The notes: generated from the sequence alone by a model not told the origin. A stretch of DNA of 64,000 bases from Deltaproteobacteria bacterium (GCA_021780225.1 JAJXZF010000027.1:1229-65228), one strand, 5' to 3'; counted from the stretch's first letter, positions 18,879 to 31,670 are shown. A program made the numbers and translations.

Positions 18879-20078
18879 ATGGATTTCAAATACAGCGCGG
18901 AAGCCGAAGCGTTCCGTCATGAATTTCGCACCTGGCTCGAAGCGAACATGCCGAAACGCAATACCGACGGCGACGATGAACCGGGCAGCGATTTCGTCCG
19001 GACGAACGAGGACGACTGGCAGTTCAGTCTGGCGTGGCATCGCAAGATGAATTCCGGCGGATGGGTGGGCGTCAACTGGCCGAAAGCATACGGCGGCCGC
19101 GGCGCGACGCTGGAGGAAATGGTCGTTTACAACGAGGAGTTGATACGCGCGCACGCGCCGGGAATCGTCAACGGACTCGGCATCATGCTGGTCGGTCCGA
19201 CGTTGATTCATTGGGGCACCGAGGAGCAGAAGAAACGCTTCGTGCCGAAGATTTTGTCGGCGGACGAAATCTGGTGCCAGGGCTATTCCGAACCCGGATC
19301 GGGTTCCGACGTCGCCTCGCTCAAAACGCGCGCGGTCGAGGATGGCGATTACTTCGTTATCAACGGACAAAAGGTTTGGACGTCGGGGGCCGATCGCGCC
19401 GATTGGTGCATCCTGTTGACCCGCACGGATCCCGACGCGCCGAAGCACAAGGGCATCAGCTACCTGCTGGTCGATATGCACAGTCCGGGCGTGACGGTGC
19501 GGCCGCTGGTGCAGATGACCGGCGACAGGGGCTTCAACGAGGTTTTTTTCGAGGACGTGCGCGTGCCGAAGAAAAACCTCGTCGGCGAAAAGAACCAGGG
19601 ATGGCAGGTCGCGGTCACCACGCTGATGTTCGAGCGGACGTCGATCGCGGCGATGCGCGACATGATGGGTTCGGTGCGGCACTTGACGCGGCTCGCCCAG
19701 TCGGTTCGCCGCAACGGCGGCACGGCGTGGGACGACAGCGGCGTGCGCCAGCGCATCGCGGGATTCGCCTGCGAAGCGCAGGCGCTGCGCTACAGCAATC
19801 TGCGCCAACTGACGCGCCGGCTCAAAGGCTTGCCGCCGGGGCCTGAGGGATCGGCCGGCAAGCTGGTCGCGAGCGACTTAAATCTCCGGATATCGAAGTT
19901 CGCGATGGAGCTGCTCGGACCGTACAGCCAGTTCGAGCACGGCGCGGCGATGGCCGTGGACGGCGGACGCTGGTCGTACCGGATGCTTTCTGCGCGCGCG
20001 CTGACGATCGCGGGCGGCACCAGCGAAATCCAGCACAACATTATCGGCGAGCGCGTGCTCGGCCTTCCGAAAGGCTGA
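18879..20078 (+). CDS. Acyl-CoA dehydrogenase family protein
   Basis: WPKAYGGRG, EIWCQGYSEPGSGSD, INGQKVWTS, FNEVFFEDVRVP, TIAGGTSEIQHNIIGERVLGLPK. Confidence 0.95.
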   Translation: MDFKYSAEAEAFRHEFRTWLEANMPKRNTDGDDEPGSDFVRTNEDDWQFSLAWHRKMNSGGWVGVNWPKAYGGRGATLEEMVVYNEELIRAHAPGIVNGLGIMLVGPTLIHWGTEEQKKRFVPKILSADEIWCQGYSEPGSGSDVASLKTRAVEDGDYFVINGQKVWTSGADRADWCILLTRTDPDAPKHKGISYLLVDMHSPGVTVRPLVQMTGDRGFNEVFFEDVRVPKKNLVGEKNQGWQVAVTTLMFERTSIAAMRDMMGSVRHLTRLAQSVRRNGGTAWDDSGVRQRIAGFACEAQALRYSNLRQLTRRLKGLPPGPEGSAGKLVASDLNLRISKFAMELLGPYSQFEHGAAMAVDGGRWSYRMLSARALTIAGGTSEIQHNIIGERVLGLPKG

Positions 20079-20099
20079 GCGGGCGGCAAGCGCGGAGCT

Positions 20100-20133
20100 T
20101 CGGGGCGGCCGGATTGGCCGCCCCGATTTTTTT
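20100..20133 (+). terminator. Intrinsic terminator
   Basis: CGGGGCGGCC-GGATT-GGCCGCCCCG followed by a T-run, just after the ACAD stop. Confidence 0.75.
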
Positions 20134-20160
20134 CGCCAGTCCGCAGCCGCGACGGCCGCA

Positions 20161-20853
20161 TCATACGCCGGCGAACCAGTCGTAACCCTGATTTTCCCAA
20201 TAGCCTCCGCTATTGTGCGGAAGGAAATTAACTTCGGCCAGGTACTTGCACATCTTGTAGCCCAGCTTGACCGCGGAATAGACGCGGAGCGGCGCGCCGT
20301 GGCCGGACGTCAGCGGATGGCCGTTCATGCCCCACGCGAGCAGGGTCTGCGGATGCATCGCGCTGGCGAGGTCCCAGCATGACCAGTAGCCCGAATCGAA
20401 CGATCGAAATTCGACGTAGCGCACGCCCTGCTTGAGTCCCGCCGCCCGCGCAAGCTCGCTCACGCGCAGCCCCTGCCATGACGCGACCGCGGACCATCCT
20501 TCGACGCAATGATGCCGCACGCGCATCGAGGTTTGCGCCATCGCCTGAAGCTCGGCGAGCTTGAATTGCCGCGGCCGATCGACGAGACCGCCGACCGATA
20601 GGAACCAGATTGGCGGAACGTCGGGCGCTTCGTCTGAAATAAAATATTCGGGAAAATCGTCTTCCGGCGTCGTCGCGGATTCGGGCAGCTCCGGCGCCAG
20701 CCGCGATGGCGAGAAAAGCGCGGCCTCGAAGCCCGCGTTCCAGTCTTTCATCGCGCGCAGGAAGGAAATCACCGGCCGGCTGTCGCATCCGGCCAGAATC
20801 GACGCCGCGGCGGCTCCCGTCACGAAGCGGCGGCGTGAGATGCGGCTATTCAC
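20161..20853 (-). CDS. Sulfite-oxidase-family molybdopterin oxidoreductase (MsrP/YedY-like), Tat-exported
   Basis: SRRRFV twin-arginine plus LAGC; HHCVEGWS Mo-ligand Cys; HGAPLRV, LGYKMCKY, GGYWENQGYDW. Confidence 0.88.
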   Translation of the reverse strand: MNSRISRRRFVTGAAAASILAGCDSRPVISFLRAMKDWNAGFEAALFSPSRLAPELPESATTPEDDFPEYFISDEAPDVPPIWFLSVGGLVDRPRQFKLAELQAMAQTSMRVRHHCVEGWSAVASWQGLRVSELARAAGLKQGVRYVEFRSFDSGYWSCWDLASAMHPQTLLAWGMNGHPLTSGHGAPLRVYSAVKLGYKMCKYLAEVNFLPHNSGGYWENQGYDWFAGV

Positions 20854-21514
20854 GTTTGCCTCCGGTGACCATCGCGAGAATTTCTTTCGGATGGAGCGCA
20901 ACGAGAACCACATGGGCCGCGACGAAAAGCGCAATCATCGCGAGACCCGCAAGATGAACGACGCGCGCGCCGTCGTATCCGCCAAACAATCGCGTGAGAA
21001 GGTGAAACTGCACGGGTTTGTAGATTGCGAGTCCCGAGAGCGCCATCGCCACGCCGATCAAAATAATCGAGGTATACGCCAACCGCTGCAGGCCGTTGTA
21101 AAAATCGCGAGGCGGCGGCTGCTTGCGGATTCGCGCGTAATAAAAAAACTGCGCGACGGCGGCGCGCGCGTCGCGCTTCGGATTGAAGATGCGCCGGCGC
21201 CATTCGCCGCTGCCCGCGAGATAGGCGAGATAGATCAGCCCGTTGATGACGAAAAACCACGCGATCGCGAAATGCCAGCGCCGTCCGCCCGCGAGCCATC
21301 CGCCGACCGTCAGCCATCCCGGCGGCGCGACCCCTTGCAACGGATACCATCCGTAGAGCGCGCCGCGCGGACCGAGATACGGATAGGCGATAAGAATTTG
21401 CAGTCCGCTGCCCGCCATCAGCACGATAATCAGGGCGTTGCACCAATGCACAATCCGTATCGGAAGCGGTTGTTGGCGTCTGAGATTCGACGCGCTTTCG
21501 GCGGACGCGGCCAT
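20846..21514 (-). CDS. Cytochrome b membrane subunit (Ni-hydrogenase/FDH cyt b-like)
   Basis: IRIVHWCNA, RRWHFAIAW, YNGLQRLAY, ARVVHL...AHV heme His residues; overlaps the Mo-enzyme start. Confidence 0.88.
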   Translation of the reverse strand: MAASAESASNLRRQQPLPIRIVHWCNALIIVLMAGSGLQILIAYPYLGPRGALYGWYPLQGVAPPGWLTVGGWLAGGRRWHFAIAWFFVINGLIYLAYLAGSGEWRRRIFNPKRDARAAVAQFFYYARIRKQPPPRDFYNGLQRLAYTSIILIGVAMALSGLAIYKPVQFHLLTRLFGGYDGARVVHLAGLAMIALFVAAHVVLVALHPKEILAMVTGGKRE

Positions 21515-21722
21515 CGCGAAATACCTCTCCGTCGCAAGGATTGACTCTTATCCAAGCGCAAACGCGCCAGCCTCGCCAGATCGATTCCGCGTCCTCGAAG
21601 CGGATTGGCGCGGAGCTTTGCGATTTTGCGACCTCGTGTGCGAGTATTCGGCAACACGAACTTTCGCCGATATTCCGCGCCTGAACGCCGCATCGTGGCG
21701 GCCGCCTTCGGGCGGAAAGGAT

Positions 21723-22777
21723 ATGCGCATGGACTTCCGATTCAGCGCCGAGGACGAGGCTTTTCGCCAGGAGTTGCGCGGATGGCTGGTGAAAAATCTG
21801 CCGTCGGACCATCGCAAGCCCGACTTCACGGTCGAATTCTTCGCCGACGAAGAAGGCGAGGAATGGGAGCGCCGCGTCGCATGGCATCAACGGATGCATT
21901 CCGGCGGATGGGTCGCGATTCATTGGCCCAACGAACATGGCGGCCGCGCGGCGAGCCTGACGCAGCAGGTGGTTTATCACGAAGAACTCGCGCGGGCCGG
22001 CGCGCCGCAGATGGTGAACGCGCAAGGCATCGCGCTCGTCGGTCCGACCCTGATGCACTGGGGAACCGAGGAACAACGCCGGCGCTATCTGCCGAAGATG
22101 CTCGCGGCGCAAGAAATCTGGCGCCAGGGATATTCCGAACCGGGTTCGGGTTCCGACCTCGCGTCGCTCAAGACCACCGCGATCGAGGACGGCGACGATT
22201 TTATCGTCAACGGCCAGAAAGTCTGGACTTCGGACGCGCATCACGCCGACATGTGCTTCCTGCTCGTGCGGAGCGATCCCGACGCGCCCAAACACAAAGG
22301 CATCACTTATCTGCTCGTCGATATGCATGCTCCCGGAATCTCGGTACGGCCGCTGGTGCAACTCACCGGCGATCGCGGCTTCAACGAAGTATTCTTCGAG
22401 GACGTGCGCGTACCGAAAGCGAATATCGTCGGCGGCAAGAACAACGGGTGGCTGGTGGCGCTGACCTCCCTGATGTACGAACGGCGCGCGCGCGATATGA
22501 CGCCGCTGGTCGAAGACCTGGCGCGGGTCGCAAAATCGCTTGAACGCAACGTAAAATTGGCATGGGAAGACGCGCGCGTGCGGCAGCGGCTGGCCGAGTT
22601 TCGCGCCGAGGCGGAAGCAGTGCGGCTGATGGAATTGCGTCAGTTGACCGCGCGCTTGACGGCGGACGATGGCTGTACCGGATGCTCGCGGCGCGCGGAC
22701 TGACGATCGCCGCCGGAACCAGCGAAATTCAGAAAAATATCATCGGCGAGCGGATGCTCGGATTGCCGAAAGGTTAG
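21723..22777 (+). pseudogene. Acyl-CoA dehydrogenase paralog with internal deletion and frameshift
   Basis: Collinear with 18879..20078 up to RQLT (~22650), then jumps frame to [12 protein letters not shown]...[10 protein letters not shown]; about 45 codons are missing relative to the paralog. Confidence 0.8.
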
Positions 22778-22862
22778 AGAAGCGCCGCGTGGTCGAGATG
22801 ACCGCGCTCGGATTTTCCCGGCGTGGCTTTCCGCAATTGCTTTGACCGGAGTTTTGCCGATT

Positions 22863-23023
22863 GGGATTCTTCGCTGCGCTCAGTAATGACATGATGAGGC
22901 GTCTTGCCGTCATTCTGAGAGTTTGTGAATTTTTGCGGCACGGACGTTCTTATACCGTTCGCCGGCCAAAATACTTCAAGCGCCAAGCCTGTTTTTGTCA
23001 TTCTGAGCGCAGCGGAGAATCCC
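22863..23023. repeat. Inverted pair of GTCATTCTGAGCGCAGCG(A/G)AGAATC-type REP-like repeats
   Basis: 22863 GGGATTCTTCGCTGCGCTCAGTAATGACA and 22996 TGTCATTCTGAGCGCAGCGGAGAATCCC are near-perfect reverse complements; partial third copy CGTCATTCTGAG at 22908. Confidence 0.75.
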
Positions 23024-23150
23024 GGGATTTCCTTCTGCGGAAGTCAGGGCGGGCTTTCGCTCCGTCGCGGTCGCTTGACGAACGATCCCGAACCGAACTA
23101 CTTGAATTCGGGCCAGGTTACGAAATCCAGAATCGAATCGAGGCGAAGCC

Positions 23151-24323
23151 ATGCGCGAAACAAACGAAAGCATCCACAAGCTCAAATACCCCGGTGCGGT
23201 TGACGCCGACGGGCACATCCTTGAGGACAAGCGCCTTTGGGAGCAGTACTGCGAAGCCCGCTACAAACCTACCGCGCTGCGCATCAAGGAGGATGAAGAG
23301 GGTTTCGAATACCTTGAAATCGAAGGCCGCCCATCGAGAGTTTCGCGCAAGGGCGCGTTCAGCAGCGTCGCCGCGATGGGCGAAGTTACGCGCGAAAAGG
23401 GTTCGTTCGATCCGCGCCGCAAATACGGCGAAAACGCGCCGTTCGGCGCGGTCGGCGCGAAGGAGCGCGTGGAACGGCTCGACCGGGAAAATCTTCGCGC
23501 GGCCATCATTTACCCAAGTCTCGCCCTGACCTGGGAGACCGAATGCGAAAACGCCGATTACGCGCAGGCGATGACTCGCGCCTATAACCGCTGGATCGTC
23601 GATTGGTGCGGCGAGAATCCGTCGCGGCTGATTCCGGTCGCCCATCTGTCGCTGGGCGACCCCGCCGCCGCAGCCGCCGAACTCGAGCGCTCCGTCAAGG
23701 CGGGCTGCAAGGGCGGATGGGTCGTTCAATTCACGATGACGCGGAAGCCGCACGCTCATTCCGATCACGACGCGCTCTTCGCCAAAGCGCAGGAGCTCGA
23801 CGTGCCGATAGGAATCCACGTATCGCTCGAGCCGCAATGGGCGCTGCCGGGCCGCTACGCCCTCGATCATGTGCGCAAGCAGAATTTCTTCCTGAATGTG
23901 ACCGCGTCGGACGCGAGCCGGCATGCGCTGACGAGTTTCTTTCAATACGGCACTTTCGATCGTTTTCCCAAACTCAAGATCATAATTCTGGAGGTTGGCG
24001 CGGGCTGGACGAGTTACTGGTTCGACCGGCTGGACGCCGTTTACGGCAGCATCATGGGACGCGGCGTGCCGCTGAAGGAGCGCCCCAGCAGCTATTTCAA
24101 CAGGAACATCTGGGTCTCGGCCGATCCTGACGAACACGCGCTGCCCTCGATGATGGAACTGTGCGGCGAGGACCGCTTCTTCTGGGCCTCGGATTTTCCC
24201 CATCCCGACCATACCGGCGACTATCTCGAGGAACTTGAAGAGGTCGCGGAGAAACTTTCTCCGGCCCGGCGCGCGAAGCTGCTCGGCGAGAACGTGATTC
24301 GCGCCTACAATCTGAAATTCTGA
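23151..24323 (+). CDS. Amidohydrolase_2 family protein
   Basis: VDADGHI, RAYNRW, IGIHV, ILEVGAGW, WASDFPHPD. Confidence 0.9.
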   Translation: MRETNESIHKLKYPGAVDADGHILEDKRLWEQYCEARYKPTALRIKEDEEGFEYLEIEGRPSRVSRKGAFSSVAAMGEVTREKGSFDPRRKYGENAPFGAVGAKERVERLDRENLRAAIIYPSLALTWETECENADYAQAMTRAYNRWIVDWCGENPSRLIPVAHLSLGDPAAAAAELERSVKAGCKGGWVVQFTMTRKPHAHSDHDALFAKAQELDVPIGIHVSLEPQWALPGRYALDHVRKQNFFLNVTASDASRHALTSFFQYGTFDRFPKLKIIILEVGAGWTSYWFDRLDAVYGSIMGRGVPLKERPSSYFNRNIWVSADPDEHALPSMMELCGEDRFFWASDFPHPDHTGDYLEELEEVAEKLSPARRAKLLGENVIRAYNLKF

Positions 24324-24359
24324 TTCTTCAATCCTCCCGCGGCGCGTATTGTCCGCGGC

Positions 24360-24407
24360 AAAAAAGAAAAGCCCCGCGGCCGTTCGGACCGCGGGGCTTC
24401 GTTTTTT
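24360..24407. terminator. Bidirectional intrinsic terminator
   Basis: A-run, AAGCCCCGCGG-CCGTTCGGA-CCGCGGGGCTT, T-run, between convergent genes. Confidence 0.8.
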
Positions 24408-24426
24408 ACAACGGACCTTACGGCGA

Positions 24427-25425
24427 CTAGTTGACGGTCCAGGTATCGCCGCGTTTCAGCAGATCCGCCAGATTGCCCTCGCCCTGCTTCGCCCGCGCCT
24501 CAGCCAACTGCGCGTTCGTCGCCGCGTCATAAGTCGGCCTACCGATCGCGTAGAACACGCCGACCGGCGTCGGCATCGGCGCCTGAAGGTTGCCCAACAT
24601 GAACGCGAGGCCGAGATTGGTCTCGTCGTGAACGATTAAATCCGCCTCGGTCACGCCGTTGCCCAGCGTCACGACCTCGGGCCGGTTGCCGTTCATCTTG
24701 ACGCCCTTGTCGCGGTTCTTGCCGAAGATCAGCGGCTTGCCATGTTCAAGCGCCAACTGGTGGTCGGCTTTGATCGCCTTGTCGGTGACATCGTTGAACG
24801 CGCCGTCGTTGAAGATATTGCAGTTCTGCAGGATTTCGACGAACGACGCGCCGCGATGGCCATGCGCGCGCTTCAGCGTGTCGCCCAGATGTTTCTGCTC
24901 GACGTCGATCGAGCGGGCGACAAACGTCGCATTCGCTCCCAACGCGATGGTAATCGGGTTGAATGGAAAATCGACCGAACCCATCGGCGACGATTTCGTC
25001 ACCTTGCCGACTTCGGAAGTCGGCGAATACTGCCCCTTGGTCAATCCGTAAATTTGATTGTTGAAGAGCAGGATGTTGAGATCGATATTGCGCCGAAGCG
25101 CGTGAATCAGATGATTTCCGCCGATCGACAGGCCGTCGCCGTCGCCGGTAACCACCCAGACATCCAGATCGGGACGGGTAATCTTGAGGCCGGTCGCGAT
25201 CGCCGGCGCGCGGCCGTGAATCGTATGAAATCCGTACGTGTTCATGTAGTACGGAAACCGGCTCGAACAGCCGATGCCGGAAATGAACACCACGTTTTCA
25301 CGCGGAATTCCAAACTCCGGCATCACCTTCTGCACCTGCGCCAGAATCGCGTAGTCGCCGCATCCCGGACACCAGCGCACTTCCTGGTCGGAAACGAAAT
25401 CTTTTCGCGTAAGCGCCGTAGCCAT
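24427..25425 (-). CDS. korB: 2-oxoacid:ferredoxin oxidoreductase beta subunit
   Basis: WCPGCGD, SGIGCSSR, HTIHGRA, GDGDGLSIGGNH, NNQIYGLTKGQYSPT. Confidence 0.93.
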   Translation of the reverse strand: MATALTRKDFVSDQEVRWCPGCGDYAILAQVQKVMPEFGIPRENVVFISGIGCSSRFPYYMNTYGFHTIHGRAPAIATGLKITRPDLDVWVVTGDGDGLSIGGNHLIHALRRNIDLNILLFNNQIYGLTKGQYSPTSEVGKVTKSSPMGSVDFPFNPITIALGANATFVARSIDVEQKHLGDTLKRAHGHRGASFVEILQNCNIFNDGAFNDVTDKAIKADHQLALEHGKPLIFGKNRDKGVKMNGNRPEVVTLGNGVTEADLIVHDETNLGLAFMLGNLQAPMPTPVGVFYAIGRPTYDAATNAQLAEARAKQGEGNLADLLKRGDTWTVN

Positions 25426-25431
25426 CGCCAA

Positions 25432-27330
25432 TCAGCCCTCCAACGATCGCGAGATCCGGTTGATCAGCTCGTTGACCTTGAACGGGCGTCCCTGGATCTT
25501 GTTGCAGCCAATCGCGTCAATCAAATAATCGGCGCGCACCATCTTGAGCAGTTGCCCCATATTCATCTCGGCGACCAGCACCTTCTTGAATTTGCGCAAT
25601 TGATCGCCAAGGTCCGCAGGCAGCGGATTGAGGTAACGCAGATGAATATGCGAAACGCTTTTGCCACGGTCTCGCATCTGCTTCACCGCTTCGCGCACGG
25701 CGCCGTAGGTGGAACCCCATCCGAGCACGGCCAGATCGCCGCCGTTCGCGTCGCCAAAGATTGACGTGGGCGGAATTTCGCGCGCGATTCCCGCGATTTT
25801 CCGCGCCCGCGTCCGCACCATCAGTTCGTTATTGGCGGGAGAATAGCTGACGTTGCCGGTCTGATCTTCGCTCGAAAGGCCGCCGATCCGATGCTCCAAG
25901 CCGGGCGTGCCGGGCACTGCCCACGGACGCGAAAGCGTTTCGGGATCGCGCTTGTATGGCAGGAATCCATCGGGATTCGACGCGAATTCGACTTTGATCG
26001 GCGCCAGCTTGCTTACGTCCGGCAGCAGCCACGGCTCCGCGCCGTTCGCCAGTTGTCCATCCGTAAGCAGAATCACCGGCGTCATGTATTTGACCGCGAG
26101 CCGGACCGCTTCGTACGCGCACTCGAAGCAGTCGGCCGGCGTCGCCGCGGCGATAATCGGAATCGGCGATTCGCCGTGCCGGCCATACATCGCCATCAGC
26201 AGGTCCGCCTGTTCCGGCTTGGTCGGCATCCCGGTGGACGGCCCGGCGCGCTGAATGTCCGTGATCACCATCGGCAACTCGGTTTTTACCGCAAGGCCGA
26301 TCGCTTCCGCCTTGAGGTTCATGCCGGGACCCGAGGTGGTGGTGAGCGCGATCGCGCCGCCGAACGCCGCGCCGATCGCGGAGCTTACTCCGGCGATTTC
26401 GTCTTCCGCCTGAAAGGTGTAAACGCCGAAGTTCTTGAACGCCGCCAACTCATGCAACACGTCGCTGGCGGGCGTGATCGGATATGAGCCAAGAAAAATC
26501 GGGCGTCCCGATTGCACCGCCGCCGCGACGAAGCCGAGCGCCGTCGCGGTGTTGCCGGTGATGTTGCGATAGAGGCCCGGAACAATCTTCGCCGGCTCGA
26601 CTTCATACGAGCTTGCGAACATCTCGGTCGTGTCGCCGTAATTGAATCCGGCTTTCAACGCCAGCAGGTTGGCGTTCAGCAATTCCGGAGTCTTTTTGAA
26701 GCGCCCCTCAAGCCAGCGCACGGTGCTTTCGATCGGGCGCTGGAACAGCCACGACAGCATTCCGAGCACGAACATATTCCGGCAGCGGAAGACCGCGCGA
26801 TTGTTCAGTCCCGTGCCGTGCAGGGCCGCCGTGGTCAGCTTCGCTACATCAACCTGAAAGACCTGGAATTTGTCCAGCGAATGGTCGGTCAGCGGATTGG
26901 AAGCGTAACCCGCCCGCTTGACGTTCGCCTCGGTGAACGCTTCGCGATCGACGATGATGACGCCGTTGGGCGGCAGGTCGTCCAAATTCGCCTTGAGCGC
27001 CGCGGGATTCATCGCGACCAGCACGTTCGGCTCGTCGCCGGCGGTAAAGACTTCACGGCTCGAAAAATTGAGCTGAAAGCCGCTCACGCCGGCGATCGTG
27101 CCGGCAGGGGCGCGGATTTCGGCCGGAAAATCGGGCAGCGTGGCGATATCGTTACCGGCCAGCGCGGATTCGGCGGTGAACTGCATCCCCGCCAGCTGCA
27201 TTCCGTCACCCGAGTCGCCCGCAAAACGGATTACGACGCTGTCGCGCCGCGCGTGCGGCTTCGCGGCGGCGCCGCCTCCGAGACCTGAGGACTCGGCGGC
27301 GTGTCCGGCCGCCTCAGGTGGTAGAGCCAT
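25432..27330 (-). CDS. korA: 2-oxoacid:acceptor oxidoreductase alpha subunit (gamma-alpha fusion)
   Basis: FAGDSGDGMQL, YPITPAS, QAEDEIAG, TTSGPG, QRAGPSTGMPTK, VAEMNMGQL. Confidence 0.93.
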   Translation of the reverse strand: MALPPEAAGHAAESSGLGGGAAAKPHARRDSVVIRFAGDSGDGMQLAGMQFTAESALAGNDIATLPDFPAEIRAPAGTIAGVSGFQLNFSSREVFTAGDEPNVLVAMNPAALKANLDDLPPNGVIIVDREAFTEANVKRAGYASNPLTDHSLDKFQVFQVDVAKLTTAALHGTGLNNRAVFRCRNMFVLGMLSWLFQRPIESTVRWLEGRFKKTPELLNANLLALKAGFNYGDTTEMFASSYEVEPAKIVPGLYRNITGNTATALGFVAAAVQSGRPIFLGSYPITPASDVLHELAAFKNFGVYTFQAEDEIAGVSSAIGAAFGGAIALTTTSGPGMNLKAEAIGLAVKTELPMVITDIQRAGPSTGMPTKPEQADLLMAMYGRHGESPIPIIAAATPADCFECAYEAVRLAVKYMTPVILLTDGQLANGAEPWLLPDVSKLAPIKVEFASNPDGFLPYKRDPETLSRPWAVPGTPGLEHRIGGLSSEDQTGNVSYSPANNELMVRTRARKIAGIAREIPPTSIFGDANGGDLAVLGWGSTYGAVREAVKQMRDRGKSVSHIHLRYLNPLPADLGDQLRKFKKVLVAEMNMGQLLKMVRADYLIDAIGCNKIQGRPFKVNELINRISRSLEG

Positions 27331-27477
27331 TTCCCTCGATACTCCTCTTTGGCTGACAGCCCGCCCGCGGCGCGCAATCGCGACGCGTTAGCTGGACCGA
27401 TAGTTTAAATGTCGATCTAGAACTATAGCTAATGACGCCCGTAAGTTAAAGGGATTCAGCCAGCGCTCGCCTGACCG

Positions 27478-29807
<2,330 letters not shown>

Positions 29808-29851
29808 TCAACCGGCGCGCGCTATGAAGTTCGCTTCGGCGCCGAAAATCC

Positions 29852-30538
29852 TCACCGGCTGTAGCCCATCGCGTCGAGAAAATCGTCCAAGGTCGGAAAG
29901 CGCATATACATATTGTGCCGCTTTTGATTTCCGATCGTCGTGTATGGCTCCGACGAATAGGCATGACCCGGAAATACCACCGTCGAATCGTCGAGATTGC
30001 GCAGCGTATGGTTCAGGCTGTGGTACATCGCTTCTGGATCCGATCCCGGCAAATCGACGCGGCCACAGGAGTTCACGAACAGCGTATCGCCCGAAATGAG
30101 ATTGCCTTCGACAAGGAAGCACTGCGAGCCGGGCGTATGGCCGGGAGTGTGCAGGAATTTTACGTCCAAACCGCCAATCTTGAACGTGTCGCCCGCTTCG
30201 ACCTTGACCAAATCGGACTCGCTCAGCCCCGAAACCTTGCGTACGCCCTCGGCTTCTTCCTTGTTGACGTAAACCTTCACGCCGATTTTGCCGACCAGCT
30301 CGGACGCGCCCTGAATATTGTGGCCCATCAACGAACCGCCCAAATGGTCTGGATGGTAATGCGTAATGAGTATTTTATCGATCGCGTAGCCGTCGTTTTG
30401 CGCCAACTCCAGAATCGCCGCCACGTCCCACGCCGGATCGACCACGGCCGCCGTACGCGTCTCGGGATCGCCAACCAGATAAACGAAATTCGCCATCGGG
30501 CCGATCTGCGCCTGCCGCAGATGTATTTTTTGCGCCAT
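29852..30538 (-). CDS. MBL-fold metallo-hydrolase (glyoxalase II-like)
   Basis: THYHPDH, TPGHTPGS, GDTLF, GRVDLPGSD, PGH. Confidence 0.9.
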   Translation of the reverse strand: MAQKIHLRQAQIGPMANFVYLVGDPETRTAAVVDPAWDVAAILELAQNDGYAIDKILITHYHPDHLGGSLMGHNIQGASELVGKIGVKVYVNKEEAEGVRKVSGLSESDLVKVEAGDTFKIGGLDVKFLHTPGHTPGSQCFLVEGNLISGDTLFVNSCGRVDLPGSDPEAMYHSLNHTLRNLDDSTVVFPGHAYSSEPYTTIGNQKRHNMYMRFPTLDDFLDAMGYSR

Positions 30539-30582
30539 CGACTGGAACGCTCCTGACCGTCCCGGTAATTTCCGCCCGCTCT

Positions 30583-31230
30583 CTATTCGCCGCGTGCGGC
30601 GTTTTTGCGCCGCGCCGCGCGCGGTTCACGAGGGTCCAATCGCAAGCCACGGTCCCAGACGAACTCCGGCTCGCCCAGCCGCTTCGCGACCCATCGCGAT
30701 TGCACGAACAGATGGTCGCTCAGCCGGTTGATATATTTCAGCAGATGCTCGTTGACCGGAACTTCGCGGTTCAGCCGCCATCCGACCCGCTCCGCGCGCC
30801 GGCAGACCGTGCGCGCCTGATGCAAAAACGCGTTCAGCACGCCGCCCCCCGGCAACGTGAACGAATTCAGCGGTTCGAGCGCTTCCTGCATCCGATCCAT
30901 CTCGTGTTCGAGCGCCTCAATCTCGCCCTCGCCCATCCGATGCATCCCCGGATATTCGGCGCCGGCCGGCGTCGCCAGCTCGCTGCCGACGTCGAACAAC
31001 TCGTTCTGGATCCGCCGTAGCATCTCGGAATACCACTCGAAATCGCCGCCCAGCCGTTCGCGATAATCGAGAAGATAGGTCCGCACGACGCCGACGATGG
31101 AATTCAACTCATCGATCGTGCCGTAGGCCTCAAGCCGCTCGCTCTCTTTTGGCACGCGCTCCCCGCCGACCAGGCCGGTCAGCCCCTTGTCGCCCGAGCG
31201 CGTATATATCTTTGTCAGCCGAATCGCCAT
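30583..31230 (-). CDS. pduO: Cob(I)alamin adenosyltransferase, PduO type
   Basis: KIYTRSGDKGLT, AYGTIDELNS, FTLPGG, ARTVCRRAER, YINRLSDHLF. Confidence 0.92.
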   Translation of the reverse strand: MAIRLTKIYTRSGDKGLTGLVGGERVPKESERLEAYGTIDELNSIVGVVRTYLLDYRERLGGDFEWYSEMLRRIQNELFDVGSELATPAGAEYPGMHRMGEGEIEALEHEMDRMQEALEPLNSFTLPGGGVLNAFLHQARTVCRRAERVGWRLNREVPVNEHLLKYINRLSDHLFVQSRWVAKRLGEPEFVWDRGLRLDPREPRAARRKNAARGE

Positions 31231-31670
31231 CAGCGGCCCGCCTTGCTCCGCAACGCCGAGTAGCTTTTATCGCCCAATTCCTGGCTCACCGGCAGTCCCG
31301 CCTCGCGCCATCCGACGACCACGAGCGCGCCGCTCCCGTCCCGGGCGCCGCCATATCCGCCACGCACGTTGGTCAGGTCGCCATATCCGCACGCCTCGAG
31401 TATCTCGCAGGCGCGCTGGGAGCGTCCGCCCGCCATGCATCCGACGATTAACTTGGCGTCTTTCGGCAAAACCTTCTCGACCACCTCGGCGAAATCGGGA
31501 TTCGGCTCCATCTGTCCCGGCCCCTTGATAAATACGACCGGTATGTTGAGGGCGCCTTCCGGATGGCCAGCGGCGAATTCGCCCTCGGTCCTGACGTCCA
31601 GATAGATCGCGCCCGGATGCGCGCGCAAAACCTCGTAAGCCTGAGCCGGTTCGGCCTGCTTAATCGGCAT
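31230..31670 (-). CDS. Rhodanese-like sulfurtransferase
   Basis: LDVRTEGEFAAGHPEGALNIP, active loop CMAGGRS. Confidence 0.88.
   Translation of the reverse strand: MPIKQAEPAQAYEVLRAHPGAIYLDVRTEGEFAAGHPEGALNIPVVFIKGPGQMEPNPDFAEVVEKVLPKDAKLIVGCMAGGRSQRACEILEACGYGDLTNVRGGYGGARDGSGALVVVGWREAGLPVSQELGDKSYSALRSKAGR

Noticed and set aside
29852..31670. MBL hydrolase plus rhodanese as a persulfide dioxygenase/sulfur-oxidation module
   Set aside because: The motifs fit generic glyoxalase II-like proteins, the genes are separated by pduO inside a housekeeping run, and no SQR is nearby.
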